From contig JBNKBE010000003.1 in assembly GCA_050287085.1 (NCBI GenBank), positions 239,350-303,349 on the forward strand: a stretch of DNA of 64,000 bases. The letters run 5' to 3'. Source of the DNA: Polyangiaceae bacterium. GTDB taxonomy: Bacteria; Myxococcota_A; Polyangia; Polyangiales; Polyangiaceae. Positions within the stretch are counted from its first letter, which is position 1. Every line of letters begins with the position of its first letter. Position numbers and translations under genes: made by a program. The notes beneath the pieces are model-generated. The model saw only the letters and a list, made by a program, of their open reading frames with translations, did not search any database and was not told the DNA's origin. Shown here in pieces: positions 29,707 to 39,211 of the stretch.

Positions 29707-31794
29707 ATGAAGAACTCCGAAGCATCCAAGAAGACGGACCTGGAGAGGACCGCAACCGACACGCACAACTCGCTCCCACCACCGCCGCCCACGACGCGAC
29801 CAGGTGAACAGAGAGTGCTTTCTGGCGCGGACATCGATATCGACGACGAAACTCCGTCCCACTCCCTACCCAGCGACCCCGCACCGTTCGCACGCTTCTT
29901 CGGCGGACGCGATTCGGATGTTGTCCCTGCCCCGGGGCCCGCCGCGAAATCCGAACCCCTCGGAGAGCGCCGCACGCCCAAGCTTGTGTCGCTGCTAAAC
30001 GAGGCCGACGCGCCGGCAGCGGAGCCCCCAAGCGCAGGTGCCGATGACCTGCAAGCCGGAGCGCTCCCAAGCCCTGTAGCGCCCCCAAGCCCTGTAGCGC
30101 CCCCAAGCCCTGCGGTATCCGCGCCGGACGAGCCAGCAGCCGAGCCCCTGGCAGAGGCAAGCCCCCCCCAGCGCTCGCCATTCGCGATGCCAGTTGATAC
30201 CAGCGATGGACCCGCACAGAGCCAAGAAGGCCAAGAAGAGAACGGGCTCAAGGACGACGAGGCGCCCACTTCCCCTCTGGCGGACGCGATTCCAACCCCC
30301 CCCCCAGACGAGCTTACGGTTCCCCTCTTAGGTCGCGTGCAACACCACGCTGCCACACGGCCACCGCAGTCGGCCGTGGGCGCTCGCCCACTACCGCCGG
30401 TGCCGTCAGTCGTTCCCCCACTGGCGGCGAGCGCAACGCCATTGCCCCTTCCGAAGACCGCACGGCTATCTGCGCCCCCAGCTTCTCGGCCAGCGGTCAA
30501 TCTTCCCCCACCGCCCTTGAGCTCCGTCCCCTCTCCCAAGGTGTTGTATGGCAGCGACGGGCCGGACTACGACGAGGCGGTCACCACGGTCATGGAACCG
30601 AGCGAGGTAGCCGCGAGTATCCGACACCGCGCGACCTCACCACGAGCGCCGCGAGCCACGGCCGAGCACCCCCCTCTGAGCGCGGCGCTGAAGAAGCGTG
30701 CTGGGTGGGTGGTCGGTGGTGCCGCAACGCTCTTGGTCGGGCTAGGCATCGCAACCATGGGTTCGAGCGGTGGACAGCTCCTTCTGGCCGTCACGGGCCC
30801 CAATGGAAGCGCCGTGGATTCGGTCACTGTACGCTTGGACGACAAGATGGTGTGCAGCACCGTCCCTTGTCTCGTCCAGGACGTCAAGGCGGGACCTCAC
30901 GTTCTCAGCGTGGAGGCGGACGGATTTGTAAAGCCAGAGCCGGTCACGGTCGAGATCCAAGCCGGAGCGGAAACAGAGCACACCATTGAGCTCGTCAAGC
31001 CGGACGTCCCCCCCGCGGCCCTTTCGGTGCAAGCGGGTTCCAAAGACCTTTCTCTGACGGTCGACGGCGAAGAGCGAGGCACGCTTCCGCTGGAGTTGAC
31101 GGGCCTGTTGCCAGGACCCCACACCCTCTCATTTCATGGCGAAGGCTATCGAACAGAGGAGAAGACGGTCAACCTCATGGCCGGCAAGACGCTGACGCTC
31201 AGCCCGCCGAAACTCGCCGTCGAAACCGGCACGCTAGTGCTGAAGGCCGGACCGACAGCGGAAGGCGCGCAAGTGTTCGTCGATGGCAAACGTGTGGAGC
31301 TTCCAAGCACCCTGAAGCTGGAAGCCGGTCAGCCCCACCGCTTGCTCGCAAAGCGCGACGACTATACCCCCCTCGAGCGCACCATCACCTTCCCCAACGG
31401 TCAGGCCACCCAAGAGCTCACGCTCGAGCTGGAGGCCCTGACCCCTGAGGAGACAAGCGATTCAGAGTCCACGCCGGAGGACCCCACCAAAGCGTCCGCT
31501 GCCCGGAGCCGTTCCAGTCGCACAAAGAAGACCACTTCGTCGCGAAACTCGACAAGCGCCAACAAGACACGCCCTGGCCCGGAGCTAGGCGCCCATCCAG
31601 GCATCGTGACTCTCAACGCCATACCCACATCGCAGGTCATCCTGGACGGAAAGTCTCTCGGTAAGACCCCCAAGCGAGGTATTCGAGTTAGTCCTGGCAA
31701 GCACACGGTCGTCTTCGTCAACGACAAGGGCAAGAAGCGGCACTCGTTCAGCATCAAGGCTGGGGCACGCAAGACCCTGACGGCCAAATTCTGA
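29707..31794 (+). CDS. PEGA-domain membrane protein with Pro-rich cytoplasmic N-terminus
   Basis: Low-complexity Pro-rich N-terminus, one TM ('WVVGGAATLLVGLGIA'), about 4 PEGA-like repeats ('VDGEERGTLP', 'LDGKSLGKTP...PGKHTV'). Confidence 0.8.
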   Translation: MKNSEASKKTDLERTATDTHNSLPPPPPTTRPGEQRVLSGADIDIDDETPSHSLPSDPAPFARFFGGRDSDVVPAPGPAAKSEPLGERRTPKLVSLLNEADAPAAEPPSAGADDLQAGALPSPVAPPSPVAPPSPAVSAPDEPAAEPLAEASPPQRSPFAMPVDTSDGPAQSQEGQEENGLKDDEAPTSPLADAIPTPPPDELTVPLLGRVQHHAATRPPQSAVGARPLPPVPSVVPPLAASATPLPLPKTARLSAPPASRPAVNLPPPPLSSVPSPKVLYGSDGPDYDEAVTTVMEPSEVAASIRHRATSPRAPRATAEHPPLSAALKKRAGWVVGGAATLLVGLGIATMGSSGGQLLLAVTGPNGSAVDSVTVRLDDKMVCSTVPCLVQDVKAGPHVLSVEADGFVKPEPVTVEIQAGAETEHTIELVKPDVPPAALSVQAGSKDLSLTVDGEERGTLPLELTGLLPGPHTLSFHGEGYRTEEKTVNLMAGKTLTLSPPKLAVETGTLVLKAGPTAEGAQVFVDGKRVELPSTLKLEAGQPHRLLAKRDDYTPLERTITFPNGQATQELTLELEALTPEETSDSESTPEDPTKASAARSRSSRTKKTTSSRNSTSANKTRPGPELGAHPGIVTLNAIPTSQVILDGKSLGKTPKRGIRVSPGKHTVVFVNDKGKKRHSFSIKAGARKTLTAKF
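30067..30112. repeat. 18-bp tandem repeat encoding PSPVAP
   Basis: CCAAGCCCTGTAGCGCCC x2 plus a partial copy. Confidence 0.85.
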
Positions 31795-31987
31795 ACGACC
31801 ACCCGATTGTCGTCCGGTGTCCTGTACATGGCATAGCCGGGCCGATCGCGTCCTCTTGAGCCGGTAACATGGCCCTGAGACGTAGGTGCGGCGTTGCTGC
31901 GCGCTGCCAGCTATCTTGCATTGGACGCGGTGTTGAGCTGTAGTGTCCGCTCCGCCGCACTCCAGCGGACGCTCGGAGAATACAACT

Positions 31988-33169
31988 ATGAGCCACCGAT
32001 CTTGTCGCCGATTGCCCGCCTGCACGCTGATCTTGAGCTGCCTCCTCGCCCCTCTTGCTTGCACGAAGAAAGAGAGCGACGACAAGACAGCCCCAGCCGC
32101 AACGGCTGAGGCGGCGCCGATCTCGTTCATCGTTCAAATCGGCTTCCGGCCCACGCCCAAACAGCAGGAGCACATCGACGCCCTGCTCACGAAGGTGGAC
32201 AAGGAAAGCGCTCGCTTCTCGAACAAGGAGCTCAATCGCAGAGCCAATGCACCCTTGTTTACCTATGTCGCCGCGACGAAGACCGACCCCCTCTACGTTC
32301 GCGCAGCGCTATCGGCGATGCATGTCGCCTACTCGACTCACTCCAAGCGCAAAGCAACTCCCGACGCTGACTACGAAGCCGTCGTAAAGTACTACCTGAA
32401 GAGCGACAATGACGCCATCGTTGCAGCTGCACTGCTTGCGGCCCGCACTGGGATCTCCGGTCAAGACGGCTTGGCGGGGCTGATCGAACCGGTGATCGAT
32501 CTCGGCGCACGCTACCCGGACGGGCCCGGTCGCTTCGCCCTTATCCAGACGCTTCAAGCGGTTACGGCCAGCAAGCGTACCGAGCCCCTGATGGCGGTCT
32601 ATCGCAACTCGCTTACGAGTGAGCACCCCTACGTCCAGTCGGCAGCGCTGCAAGCCCTCTATCGTTCCACTCGCACAATCAACGAACCGACCAGCGTCAA
32701 AGAACAGGCGCTAGCGCTACTTGCACACGCCGACCCCGGAGTGCGAGGACGCGCCGTGGAGTTGTTGGGTGCCATCGGAGGTGATGACAAAAGTGTTATC
32801 GCCTCCGTATCAAAGTCTCTAGACGACTCCAGCGGCTTCGTCCGAGCGCAGGCTTGCTCTGCGCTCGCCCGGCTGCGACACAAGCCGGCAATCCACAAGA
32901 TGATGGAGATGCTCGCAGATGAGTCAAGCACTCGCCACGATATTCGCGGGTTCAAGCAGCTTGACGGGCGCCCCGGGGTACTGCATCACGACGGAAGCCC
33001 GTGGTCGGTAGTGCTAGATGCAGCCGCGACCAGCATTCGAAGTCTGAGCGGTGGAGAACTACGCTTTGAGCGGGTTCACCCAAAACAGGTCACAGACGGC
33101 CTTCAGCGCAATGTCGCGGCAACGCGCGCCTGGTACAAGACGGCCAAGGCGCGGCTTCCTCTGAAATAG
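31988..33169 (+). CDS. HEAT-repeat lipoprotein
   Basis: Lipobox-like 'PLAC'; HEAT repeats 'HPYVQSAALQAL', 'DPGVRGRAVELLG', 'SGFVRAQACSALARL'. Confidence 0.75.
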   Translation: MSHRSCRRLPACTLILSCLLAPLACTKKESDDKTAPAATAEAAPISFIVQIGFRPTPKQQEHIDALLTKVDKESARFSNKELNRRANAPLFTYVAATKTDPLYVRAALSAMHVAYSTHSKRKATPDADYEAVVKYYLKSDNDAIVAAALLAARTGISGQDGLAGLIEPVIDLGARYPDGPGRFALIQTLQAVTASKRTEPLMAVYRNSLTSEHPYVQSAALQALYRSTRTINEPTSVKEQALALLAHADPGVRGRAVELLGAIGGDDKSVIASVSKSLDDSSGFVRAQACSALARLRHKPAIHKMMEMLADESSTRHDIRGFKQLDGRPGVLHHDGSPWSVVLDAAATSIRSLSGGELRFERVHPKQVTDGLQRNVAATRAWYKTAKARLPLK

Positions 33170-33182
33170 CAGCGCTCGGCGA

Positions 33183-34214
33183 CTACTTCTTCGCGTGGAG
33201 ACCGCACTCACGCGCGGTCTCTTCTTCCCACCACCAGCGACCGGCCCGCTCATGCTCGCCGGGCCTTGGCGGACGGGTGCAGGGGGCACAGCCGATGGAC
33301 ACGAAGCCCCGCTCATGCAGCGTATTCGACGGCACATCGTTGTCGCGAATGTACTGCCAAACCCGCGCGCTTGACCAATGCGCCAGTGGATTGAGCTTCA
33401 GCAGCCCGCCACGGCGCCCCTGGAATAGGGGATCCAACTGCACAAGCGGCAGCGCCTTGCGCGTCATGCTCTGATCGTGCCGTTGCCCCGTGACCTGGGC
33501 ATCAAATCGACTCAGAGCCCGCCGCAGCGGCGCCACCTTGCGAATCGCGCAGCACTGCTGATGACCATCGTCGTAGAAGCTGAATAGGCCCTTGTTGCGT
33601 ACAAATGGGACGAGCTCGGCTGGATCGGGCGTCAAGACCTCTATCACCACGCCGTAGTGCTTCCGCACGCGCTCGATGAACTCGAGTGTTTCCTCGTGCA
33701 GCCGTCCCGTATCCAGTGTGAAGACCGAAAATGGGAGACCGCTGCGACTTGCCATGTCGATCAACACAACATCTTCGGCACCGCTGAACGAAATGGCACA
33801 GCGTTCACCGAATACGGCGAGAGCCGTGGATAGGATCTGCCCTGGCGGAGTGTCATCGACGAAGGCAAAGCGTTCGTCACTCAGGGCAGCTTCGGGGGCA
33901 AGCACGTCATCCGTCCCCGACGTGCTCGCCTGGGACGAAACAGCGGCGGACGCCTGCAAGTGCTTTGCGAACAGCGGCGTACTCGTAAACACCTGCACGT
34001 TACCGTCTTGCTCGTCCATGAAGAACGGCGCCAACGCGACGTCGTGTTGCCTAGCCAGGCGCATCCCTTCGGAATCGGGATCGTCCTCCACCGCCGTCAC
34101 CACGCGGTCTATGCGTTCCCACAAGCCGCGACGCCTCAGCATATCCTCAGCCTGCTCGCACTTCTTGCAGGGGTTGCCGCCGGAAAGCAGCTTCTTCACC
34201 ATCGTGGTCGTCAT
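33183..34214 (-). CDS. cysH: Fe-S APS/PAPS reductase with N-terminal CxxC redoxin-like domain
   Basis: 'SFSGAED', 'LDTGRLH', 'CCAIRK', 'SIGCAPCT', 'ERAGRW', C-terminal 'ECGLH'; extra N-terminal region with 'PCKKC...APFF'. Confidence 0.92.
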   Translation of the reverse strand: MTTTMVKKLLSGGNPCKKCEQAEDMLRRRGLWERIDRVVTAVEDDPDSEGMRLARQHDVALAPFFMDEQDGNVQVFTSTPLFAKHLQASAAVSSQASTSGTDDVLAPEAALSDERFAFVDDTPPGQILSTALAVFGERCAISFSGAEDVVLIDMASRSGLPFSVFTLDTGRLHEETLEFIERVRKHYGVVIEVLTPDPAELVPFVRNKGLFSFYDDGHQQCCAIRKVAPLRRALSRFDAQVTGQRHDQSMTRKALPLVQLDPLFQGRRGGLLKLNPLAHWSSARVWQYIRDNDVPSNTLHERGFVSIGCAPCTRPPRPGEHERAGRWWWEEETARECGLHAKK

Positions 34215-34234
34215 GATCAGCTCCGGTTCATAGG

Positions 34235-34319
34235 GCGCACGACGAAGCGCTGCAACCGAACCCCATTCGACCTTGGGTGGGCGTTCGGTTGTCCTCCGTG
34301 GACGGCGGATTTCGTGCGC
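34235..34319 (-). promoter_or_regulatory. Structured leader / multi-stem element upstream of cysH
   Basis: Nested inverted repeats (as read on +): GCGCACGA/TCGTGCGC, CAACCGAAC/GTTCGGTTG, CCCA/TGGG, CCGT/ACGG. Confidence 0.45.
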
Positions 34320-34369
34320 TGCTCGGCCTGTGCGAAGGGCTCTCCGCCCCGTCCGCGCGCGCTACGAAG

Positions 34370-34906
34370 CTAGCCCCACCAGCCCACGCGTACGCGGTCG
34401 GCAACGCGCAGCGCCCCCAGCAGCGCCCGATACGGTACAATACCGAAACGGCTCGGCGCGAATTCGCATACGATGGCCCCCGAACTCAGGCACTCAGCCC
34501 GGACGGCTTCAGTCCGTCCGTGAAACGTCAAGGCGCCTTCGACCCCGCCACTTGCGAGCTGACCCCGAAACTCGGCCCGCGGATAGCACTCAACCTCTAG
34601 CACGCGCCCCAAGGCTGTCGCTTCAACCTCCCGAATGTCCTTCGGCTTGAGCCCGGTCGGATCAAGCTTTCGGGCCGCCCCAACACCAAGATAGCGCAAG
34701 GTCCCGAGCTCGATGGTGGCTCGAAGCACGGCGCGCTCCGGCATCGACGCAAGCACCCTATCGCCTGTCGAATTGTCAGGCACAACAATCGACTCTCCCC
34801 CAGGAGACTCCAGCTCAACCGCAGCATCTAGACCAAAAACGAGATCGTGGCCGAGGCGTGACAGAGCCCCCCCAGCGTACGTTTCGACGCGAAGCTCGAT
34901 TCTCAT
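34370..34906 (-). CDS. YceI-like protein
   Basis: 'LGHDL', 'VLEVECYPRAEF', 'GALTFHG', 'SRFGIVPY...LRVADRV'. Confidence 0.7.
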   Translation of the reverse strand: MRIELRVETYAGGALSRLGHDLVFGLDAAVELESPGGESIVVPDNSTGDRVLASMPERAVLRATIELGTLRYLGVGAARKLDPTGLKPKDIREVEATALGRVLEVECYPRAEFRGQLASGGVEGALTFHGRTEAVRAECLSSGAIVCEFAPSRFGIVPYRALLGALRVADRVRVGWWG

Positions 34907-35505
34907 GGCTGTGACAGGTATTGCACCATCCGACGGAGCGCCTGCCCTCGATGAGAGCGAGCATGCTTCTGTTCGGAACTGAGTTGCGCAGACGTAAGCC
35001 CCAGCTCGGGCAGCAACAACAAAGGATCATAGCCAAACCCGTTGTCACCTTTCGGCTCAAACGCGATTTGGCCCTCGAAGCAGCCCTCCGTCTCGAACAC
35101 CACGCTGCCGTCCGGACGACACAGACACATGGCACAAACGAAGCGTGCGCCCCGCTCCTCTGCGACCACTTCTGCGAGCTCACGCAGCAGCTTCTCATTG
35201 TTGGCAGCGTCTCGCTCTTCCCGAGAGCTACCCGTCCCTGCATAACGCGCCGACAGGACCCCCGGAGCTCCCCCCAACGCGTCGACGACAAGCCCCGAGT
35301 CGTCGGCGAGACAGTCGACACCCGTCATCCGAGCGTAGGCACGGGCTTTCAAGCGAGCATTGTCCGCAAACGTCATTCCGTCTTCGTCGGGCTCGACAAA
35401 GCTCCCAAGATCGCTGAGCGAGCTGACCCGATAGCCCAGCGGTTCCAACATCTCGCGAATCTCCCGCACCTTGTGCGGATTTTGGGTTGCGATCAGCAGC
35501 TTCAT
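34903..35505 (-). CDS. rdgB: Non-canonical purine NTP pyrophosphatase (RdgB/Ham1)
   Basis: 'ATQNPHK', 'ADDSGL', 'GFGYDP', 'SHRGQA'. Confidence 0.96.
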   Translation of the reverse strand: MKLLIATQNPHKVREIREMLEPLGYRVSSLSDLGSFVEPDEDGMTFADNARLKARAYARMTGVDCLADDSGLVVDALGGAPGVLSARYAGTGSSREERDAANNEKLLRELAEVVAEERGARFVCAMCLCRPDGSVVFETEGCFEGQIAFEPKGDNGFGYDPLLLLPELGLTSAQLSSEQKHARSHRGQALRRMVQYLSQP

Positions 35506-36746
35506 TGGGCGTCGTTCCCATTGCGGTCGCGCTCATAGGTACTGAGCAGCTCATCAATGCGGGCAAATACACGTCGAATGTCTTTCGCCTCAGGCAGAAA
35601 GGTCGTCCTGAAATGATCACGATAGTCGACGTTGAAGCTCGAGCCAGGCACGACCAAAATGTGCTTCTTCTCGAGCAGATCCAGCGCGAACGCTTGGTCG
35701 TCGATCGGACCCAGGCGCTCGCTATTGATTCGCACAAAGCCGTACAAAGAGCCCGCCGGCTCAACCAGACTCATATACTCGCTGTTGGCCACCGCTTCCA
35801 CCAGGGCAGCCCTCGACTCGTATAGGCGTCCACCTGGAGCCGTCAGTTCGGATATGCTCTGATAGCCGCCAAGTGCTGTCTGAACTGCCCATTGCCCCGG
35901 CACGTTGGCACACAAGCGTAAGCTTGCCAGTAGCTCGATGGCGGCGAGATAGTCGCGCGCGTGTTCCTTATGGCCGGAGAAGCTAACCCAGCCCACGCGA
36001 ATACCACACGCCCGGTACACTTTGCTCAGCCCAGCGAATGTTCCGCACAAGGTCTTCGGTTTGAGCGTAGCCAGTGGAACGTGAACTCGTCCGTCGTATA
36101 GTATTTCGTCGTAGATCTCGTCGGACAAGAGCACCAGCCCGTGCCGCTCGGCAAGCGCCACCAGGCCGCGCAACAAGGACTCGGGGTAGACAGCGCCGGT
36201 GGGGTTATTGGGGTTGATGATGACGAGAACCCGCGTCTTCGAGGTGATCAAGCGCTCCACGTCCTCGACGCGCGGCAAAAAGTCGTTCTCGGGTCGACAC
36301 GGATAGTGAACAGCCTTGGCTCCGTGAATGACAACAGACGCCGTCCACAACGGATAGTCCGGAGCTGGAACGAGCACCTCGTCGCCCGGATTGACCAGCG
36401 CGCGCATGCACATCATGATCAGCTCGCTAACGCCGTTTCCGATGAACACGTCTTCGGCGGTCACATCCATCACGCCTCGCTCCTGCTGCTGCATTACGAC
36501 AGCCTCGCGGGCGGGAAAGATCCCTTTCTGATGACAATACGCGTCCGCCTGCTCGAGATTCTCGATCATCGCCACGCGCATGGTGTCCGGCATTCGGAAC
36601 CCGAAGGCACCGGGGTTGCCGATGTTCAAGCGCATTATGTCGTAGCCAGCCTGCTGCAGCTGGTGGGCCCGCTGTGCGAGCGGTCCGCGGATCTCGTAGC
36701 GCACCTCTGCCAGATGTTCGCTGGCGCGCAGGGGAGGCAATCTCAT
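35502..36746 (-). CDS. alaA: PLP-dependent class I aminotransferase (AlaA-like)
   Basis: 'YEIRGP', 'LNIGNP', 'GNGVSELI', 'INPNNPTG', 'SDEIY', 'GLSKVYR'. Confidence 0.9.
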   Translation of the reverse strand: MRLPPLRASEHLAEVRYEIRGPLAQRAHQLQQAGYDIMRLNIGNPGAFGFRMPDTMRVAMIENLEQADAYCHQKGIFPAREAVVMQQQERGVMDVTAEDVFIGNGVSELIMMCMRALVNPGDEVLVPAPDYPLWTASVVIHGAKAVHYPCRPENDFLPRVEDVERLITSKTRVLVIINPNNPTGAVYPESLLRGLVALAERHGLVLLSDEIYDEILYDGRVHVPLATLKPKTLCGTFAGLSKVYRACGIRVGWVSFSGHKEHARDYLAAIELLASLRLCANVPGQWAVQTALGGYQSISELTAPGGRLYESRAALVEAVANSEYMSLVEPAGSLYGFVRINSERLGPIDDQAFALDLLEKKHILVVPGSSFNVDYRDHFRTTFLPEAKDIRRVFARIDELLSTYERDRNGNDAQ

Positions 36747-36816
36747 GGTCGGGCTGAAATAGCGCAGCCACAAGGATTGCGCCAGAGCCGCCGGGCTTCA
36801 TGCGCTCGAAGGGCTG

Positions 36817-37707
36817 TCAGCTCGTCACCTGTTCAACAATCCGCTTGGCGCGCTCGAACAGCTTGGTGCGAGCGCTAGGGCCGAACGCAAAGTACTCGAG
36901 GGCCGCCTGGGCTGGGCGCTCATCGAGCGGTCCAAGTCCCGGCGCGCCCGACGTCGTTGCCAGCCAATCAGCCAGTGCCACCAGCGCCGCCAACGGACTG
37001 ACACGTCCGTCTACCCAGATGTTGTGATGGTGTCCTATCACCCATTGAACCCCCCACGGCAGAGACCACTTGATGCCCATGATCCCAGACGCTTCTTCGT
37101 GAATGGAGTCGATCGCGGCCGTGAGCTCGGGGGTTTCTCGAGGGCGCTCCCCTTTGGGCCAGCCCGCCGCGATGGCAAAACAGCCGGCCACGCCCACATC
37201 GTGCAGTAGCCCGCAGATGAAGGCTCGTTCGCCCGGACGCTTCAACATGCGGCTCACTCCCCGCGCGATGTGCCCAGTGGCTGTCATGTGACGACGCAGC
37301 TGCTCCAAGGAGCGCTGATAGTTGCTGCCCGTCAGCGCTGCCGCTCGAAGGGCCGTCTCCATGAAGATGCCGCTAACTCGTTGAACTCCCAGACGCACCA
37401 AAGCCTCGTCGAGCGACTCGACCGGATTGCCTCGCGAATAGAACGGCGAATTGGCGGTCTTCAACAAACTTACCGCCAATGCTGGCTCGCGCTCGATAAC
37501 CTCACGCACCCGGCCTAGGGGCACCTCTGGATCGCGAGCGAGATCTAACAACTCGAGCGCTGTCGTCGCCAGCACCACCGGTTGGAATGAATCCGACAAC
37601 AAGGTCTGGCGTAGCTTCGCGGTGAGGCGTGCCTGCTCCGAAGATGGCGTGGCACCTTCTGCCAAGGCTTGGCTGGGGGACTGGCCCATGAGTCCCAAAA
37701 CGGCCAC
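36817..37707 (-). CDS. Stand-alone HDOD-domain protein
   Basis: 'LLKTANSPFY', 'ALVRLG', 'GLLHDVG', 'WSLP', 'HH'. Confidence 0.88.
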   Translation of the reverse strand: MAVLGLMGQSPSQALAEGATPSSEQARLTAKLRQTLLSDSFQPVVLATTALELLDLARDPEVPLGRVREVIEREPALAVSLLKTANSPFYSRGNPVESLDEALVRLGVQRVSGIFMETALRAAALTGSNYQRSLEQLRRHMTATGHIARGVSRMLKRPGERAFICGLLHDVGVAGCFAIAAGWPKGERPRETPELTAAIDSIHEEASGIMGIKWSLPWGVQWVIGHHHNIWVDGRVSPLAALVALADWLATTSGAPGLGPLDERPAQAALEYFAFGPSARTKLFERAKRIVEQVTS

Positions 37708-37765
37708 TTTTCGGGAAACTGAGCCGCAAAAAAGTTGGCCCTCGGGCCGAGTGCCGCGATGGCAC

Positions 37766-39211
37766 CTACGTCCAGCGCAGTCCGCGCCACACGTCTCGGT
37801 GCAGCAAGGCCAGTACCGTCACCATTTCGAGGCGTCCCACCCACATCGCCGCAGCAAGCACACACTTTGCCTCAGCGCTGAAGTCCGCGAAATTTCCCAT
37901 CGGTCCGGCCGGGCCAAACCCGGGCCCCACGTTGCCCAAACACGCTAACGCGGCGGAGAAGCCGAGTACGAAGTCCGAACCAGTCAGGACCAACGCGGCC
38001 CCGAGCACCAAGTGACCCATCATGTAGAGCCCGACGAGTGTGAACACCGAGCGCATGATGTCGTCATCTACTACCCGCCCCTTGTGGCGCACCACAAGCA
38101 CAGCACGGGGGTGCAACGTGCGTTTCAGCTCGCGACCAAAGTGTTTGAGTAGCAGCAGCAGGCGAATCACCTTTGGGCCACCGGCAGCGGAGCCAGCACA
38201 TCCCCCCACCAGCATGGCCAAGACCAAGAGTACACGCGCCGCGTCGCTCCAAAGATTGTAGTCCGTGCTGGCGAACCCGGTGCTCGATATCAGGCTGGCC
38301 ACCTGAAACAGCGAAGTGCGCAGGCCATCGAGCAGCGATTGGTCTGGAATCACCAGCAATAGGCCACCCGATATGGCTGCGGTCACAAGCACATAGAGCA
38401 AGAACTCTCCGTCCAATAGCAACACCCTAGGAGCACCGGAAAACGCGCGGTACTGGAGCGAAAAACTTGCGCCTGCGAGCAGCATGAAAGGCGAAAGCAC
38501 CCACTCGGCGGCCGGGTTGTGATAGCCAGCAATCGATTCCGGGTTTGGCGAGAACCCACCGGCCGACATGGTCGTCAGGGCGTGCGTCAATCCCTGGTAC
38601 CAATCAAAGCCCGCAACAGCCCCAAGCAGGGCCCAGAGTGTCAACGTCAGGCCAATGTAGGTAACCCACAAGCGCTCCGCACTCTTGCGCACCTGGGGAC
38701 TGAGAGCCTCCGACGGAGCCCCCGACGCTTCGGCGAAGAAGAGCTGACGACCCGCAATACCCAGTCTGGGCAACACGACGACAAACAGCGCGATCACTCC
38801 GAGGCCCCCGAACCACTGGGTCATGGCACGCCACAGGAAGAACGCTCGATCGTAGCGGCCAAAATCGCGCAGCACCGTGGCCCCAGTTGTGGTGAAGCCA
38901 GACATCGACTCAAAAAAAGCGTCGACGAAACTCAGGCCGTAGAAGACGTAAGGCACCGCCCCGAGGGCCGCGACCGACAACCACGTGAGAGCCACCACGG
39001 CCACCGCCTCCGCCCGCACGAACGACGCGTGATGCACCACTCGTCGAGACAGAAACCACGCGAGCAAGAAGGTCGCGAGGGCTGAGATCGAAAACTGCAA
39101 CGCCGAGGCGGTCTGACCGTCGCTCAGCGCAAGCGCCGCCGGAGCTAGAAAAGCCAAACAGAACGGACGCAAGACGTGTCCGATGACGCCGAATACCAGC
39201 CACAACCTCAT
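37766..39211 (-). CDS. trkH: Trk potassium uptake membrane subunit
   Basis: Four pore-loop motifs 'SGFTTTGAT', 'SAGGFS', 'SSTGF', 'GNVGPG'; 'GRLE'. Confidence 0.95.
   Translation of the reverse strand: MRLWLVFGVIGHVLRPFCLAFLAPAALALSDGQTASALQFSISALATFLLAWFLSRRVVHHASFVRAEAVAVVALTWLSVAALGAVPYVFYGLSFVDAFFESMSGFTTTGATVLRDFGRYDRAFFLWRAMTQWFGGLGVIALFVVVLPRLGIAGRQLFFAEASGAPSEALSPQVRKSAERLWVTYIGLTLTLWALLGAVAGFDWYQGLTHALTTMSAGGFSPNPESIAGYHNPAAEWVLSPFMLLAGASFSLQYRAFSGAPRVLLLDGEFLLYVLVTAAISGGLLLVIPDQSLLDGLRTSLFQVASLISSTGFASTDYNLWSDAARVLLVLAMLVGGCAGSAAGGPKVIRLLLLLKHFGRELKRTLHPRAVLVVRHKGRVVDDDIMRSVFTLVGLYMMGHLVLGAALVLTGSDFVLGFSAALACLGNVGPGFGPAGPMGNFADFSAEAKCVLAAAMWVGRLEMVTVLALLHRDVWRGLRWT

Noticed and set aside
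29346..30539. 397-aa minus-strand ORF (likewise 5336-6466 + and 62735-63742 -)
   Set aside because: Antisense shadows of well-supported genes, expected in high-GC DNA; no domain motifs.
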